Of a stretch of DNA of 38,161 bases, positions 36,995-38,161 are shown piece by piece. The DNA is from an uncultured Candidatus Saccharibacteria bacterium (lineage in GTDB: Bacteria; Patescibacteriota; Saccharimonadia; Saccharimonadales; Saccharimonadaceae), in contig CALHIA010000092.1 in the NCBI GenBank assembly GCA_938030585.1, forward strand, positions 1 through 38,161, given 5' to 3'. Made by a program: the position numbers and the translations under genes. Under the pieces are notes generated by a model, which was not told the DNA's origin, ran no database searches, and saw only the letters and a program-made list of their open reading frames with translations. Numbering within the stretch: the stretch's first letter is position 1; each line of letters begins with the position of its first letter.

Positions 36995-37759
36995 TTATTC
37001 ACGGACCTTTTTTGCGGTTTCAATAATACTAGTAAACGATTCAGAAACTAGTCCGGCACTACCAATAAGTAAACCATTTACGCCTGGTACGGTAAGGTAG
37101 GCGCCAGCATTGTTTGGATTGACACTACCACCAAAAAGTACCGGAATTTCAGCAACGGTTTCCTCACCATAAACAGAAGTAAGTTGATCGCGAATAATTT
37201 TCACGGCGTCAGCAATTTCATCTGGACTGGCGATATGGGCGGCCTTGGTACTAGAGATAGCCCAAACTGGCTCATAAGCGATGATGCATTTTTTAATATC
37301 ATCACTATCGATTTCGGAGAGACCACCAAAAATTTCATCACGCAAAACATCGACGGTTTCACCAAAATTACGCTGGCTTTCAGTCTCACCGACGCAAAGA
37401 ATCGGAGTGATGCCATTACGAATTGCAGCGGCGACCTTCTGAGAAATCTCACGGTTGGTTTCACCGAAGACGAAACGACGCTCTGAATGTCCGATGATGG
37501 CATAAGAAACTAATCCACGAAGCTGAGCGATAGAGACCTCACCGAAGTCACGGTAATAAAAATTCTGAGCGGCAAGCTTGATCTTAGACTTATTACGTTC
37601 AAGTTGGAGTGAAAGACTTGGGAGTGAAGTAAAACTTGGAGCAATTACAATTTCGAGGCCACGACTAGGTTTGATTTTCTTAAGTAATTTCTGCAAAAAG
37701 ATAGAAGACTCACCGATGGTCAGATTCATCTTCCAGTTGCCCACAATATAAGTTTTCAT
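36995..37759 (-). CDS. tpiA: Triosephosphate isomerase (lacks part of the GAFTGE motif)
   Basis: VGNWKMN, AQN, IIGHSERR, LCVGE, AYEPVWAI and GGSV motifs. Confidence 0.93.
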   Translation of the reverse strand: MKTYIVGNWKMNLTIGESSIFLQKLLKKIKPSRGLEIVIAPSFTSLPSLSLQLERNKSKIKLAAQNFYYRDFGEVSIAQLRGLVSYAIIGHSERRFVFGETNREISQKVAAAIRNGITPILCVGETESQRNFGETVDVLRDEIFGGLSEIDSDDIKKCIIAYEPVWAISSTKAAHIASPDEIADAVKIIRDQLTSVYGEETVAEIPVLFGGSVNPNNAGAYLTVPGVNGLLIGSAGLVSESFTSIIETAKKVRE

Positions 37760-37838
37760 AATTTTATTTTAACACGAAACCATAAATGGAACAAAAGTTG
37801 CCGGATTTTGCGGAACTTGGCTTGGCGCTTGCTAAAAA

Positions 37839-38161
37839 TTAGGCGATGAGACCAAGGATGCCACGGAGAGCGAAAGCGGTGTCTTCATGGGAGCGGACGG
37901 TGATGGTGTCGATACCCATCTGGACGAATCGTTGCCACCTGGCTGGGTCATGTCGCCAAAGTAGAGAATGTCGGATTTTTCAACTTTAAGCTCCTCCATG
38001 AGATGGGTCATACCAAAGACTTTGTTCATGCCTGGGACGAAGGCGTTGATGCTGGTGGTACCGCCAATTTCAAACTCAAATTCAGGGGCTTTTTGTTTGG
38101 CGAGAGCCACGATTTGTTCGCGTTTTTTGTGGTCGGGATCCCAAGCGTATTTGGCTTCGGT
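37839..38161 (-). pseudogene. 3' part of a HAD-IIB (phosphomannomutase-like) hydrolase with an apparent frameshift near 37927
   Basis: KYAWDPD, IGGTTSI, NKVFG and YFGD...PGGND motifs. The plausible C-terminus VQMGIDTITVRSHEDT...LIA* is in another frame. Could be a sequencing or assembly error. Confidence 0.7.

Noticed and set aside
798..37503. Many 60-190 aa ORFs antisense or out of frame within long genes
   Set aside because: Shadow ORFs of well-supported genes, with no RBS or family motifs.
1..38161. CRISPR array, rRNA genes or prophage
   Set aside because: No regularly spaced direct repeats, rRNA signatures or phage hallmark genes seen.

Overview
Compact bacterial chromosome segment (genetic code 11). 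Gene content and style suggest Patescibacteria/Saccharibacteria (TM7): short PheS, HTH-MurA fusion, VirB6-like giant membrane protein, DUF11-type surface protein and many leaderless genes. This taxonomy is inference. Bases 1-22 kb and 35-38 kb are mostly housekeeping (Wzc-like kinase and phosphatase, FKBP, pheT, pheS, aquaporin, metG, G5/transglycosylase, rsmA, pcrA, murA, galU, gpmI, folD, murB, tpiA, HAD hydrolase). Three tRNAs are present (Leu-CAG, His-GTG, Gly-TCC). The accessory region at about 24.7-34.5 kb encodes membrane and surface proteins. The most striking unexplained signal is in its non-coding DNA. A perfect TTGACA-17-TATAAT promoter (33802-33830, minus strand) drives a leader that, from the predicted +1, is complementary in five nested blocks to the intergenic region about 3 kb downstream (30764-30906), looping out a three-ORF membrane-protein cassette. 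After the next gene (an LPxTG-like surface protein) lies a G-U-rich structured RNA (29214-29368) that shares motifs with the leader and carries a 14-nt match to the promoter spacer. Smaller items: a candidate operator for HTH-MurA, a duplicated tRNA-Gly 3' end, tRNA-Gly with A73, micro-deletions in tpiA and the HAD gene, and an RGYG-repeat protein. All pairings were derived by eye; no folding or database searches were run.
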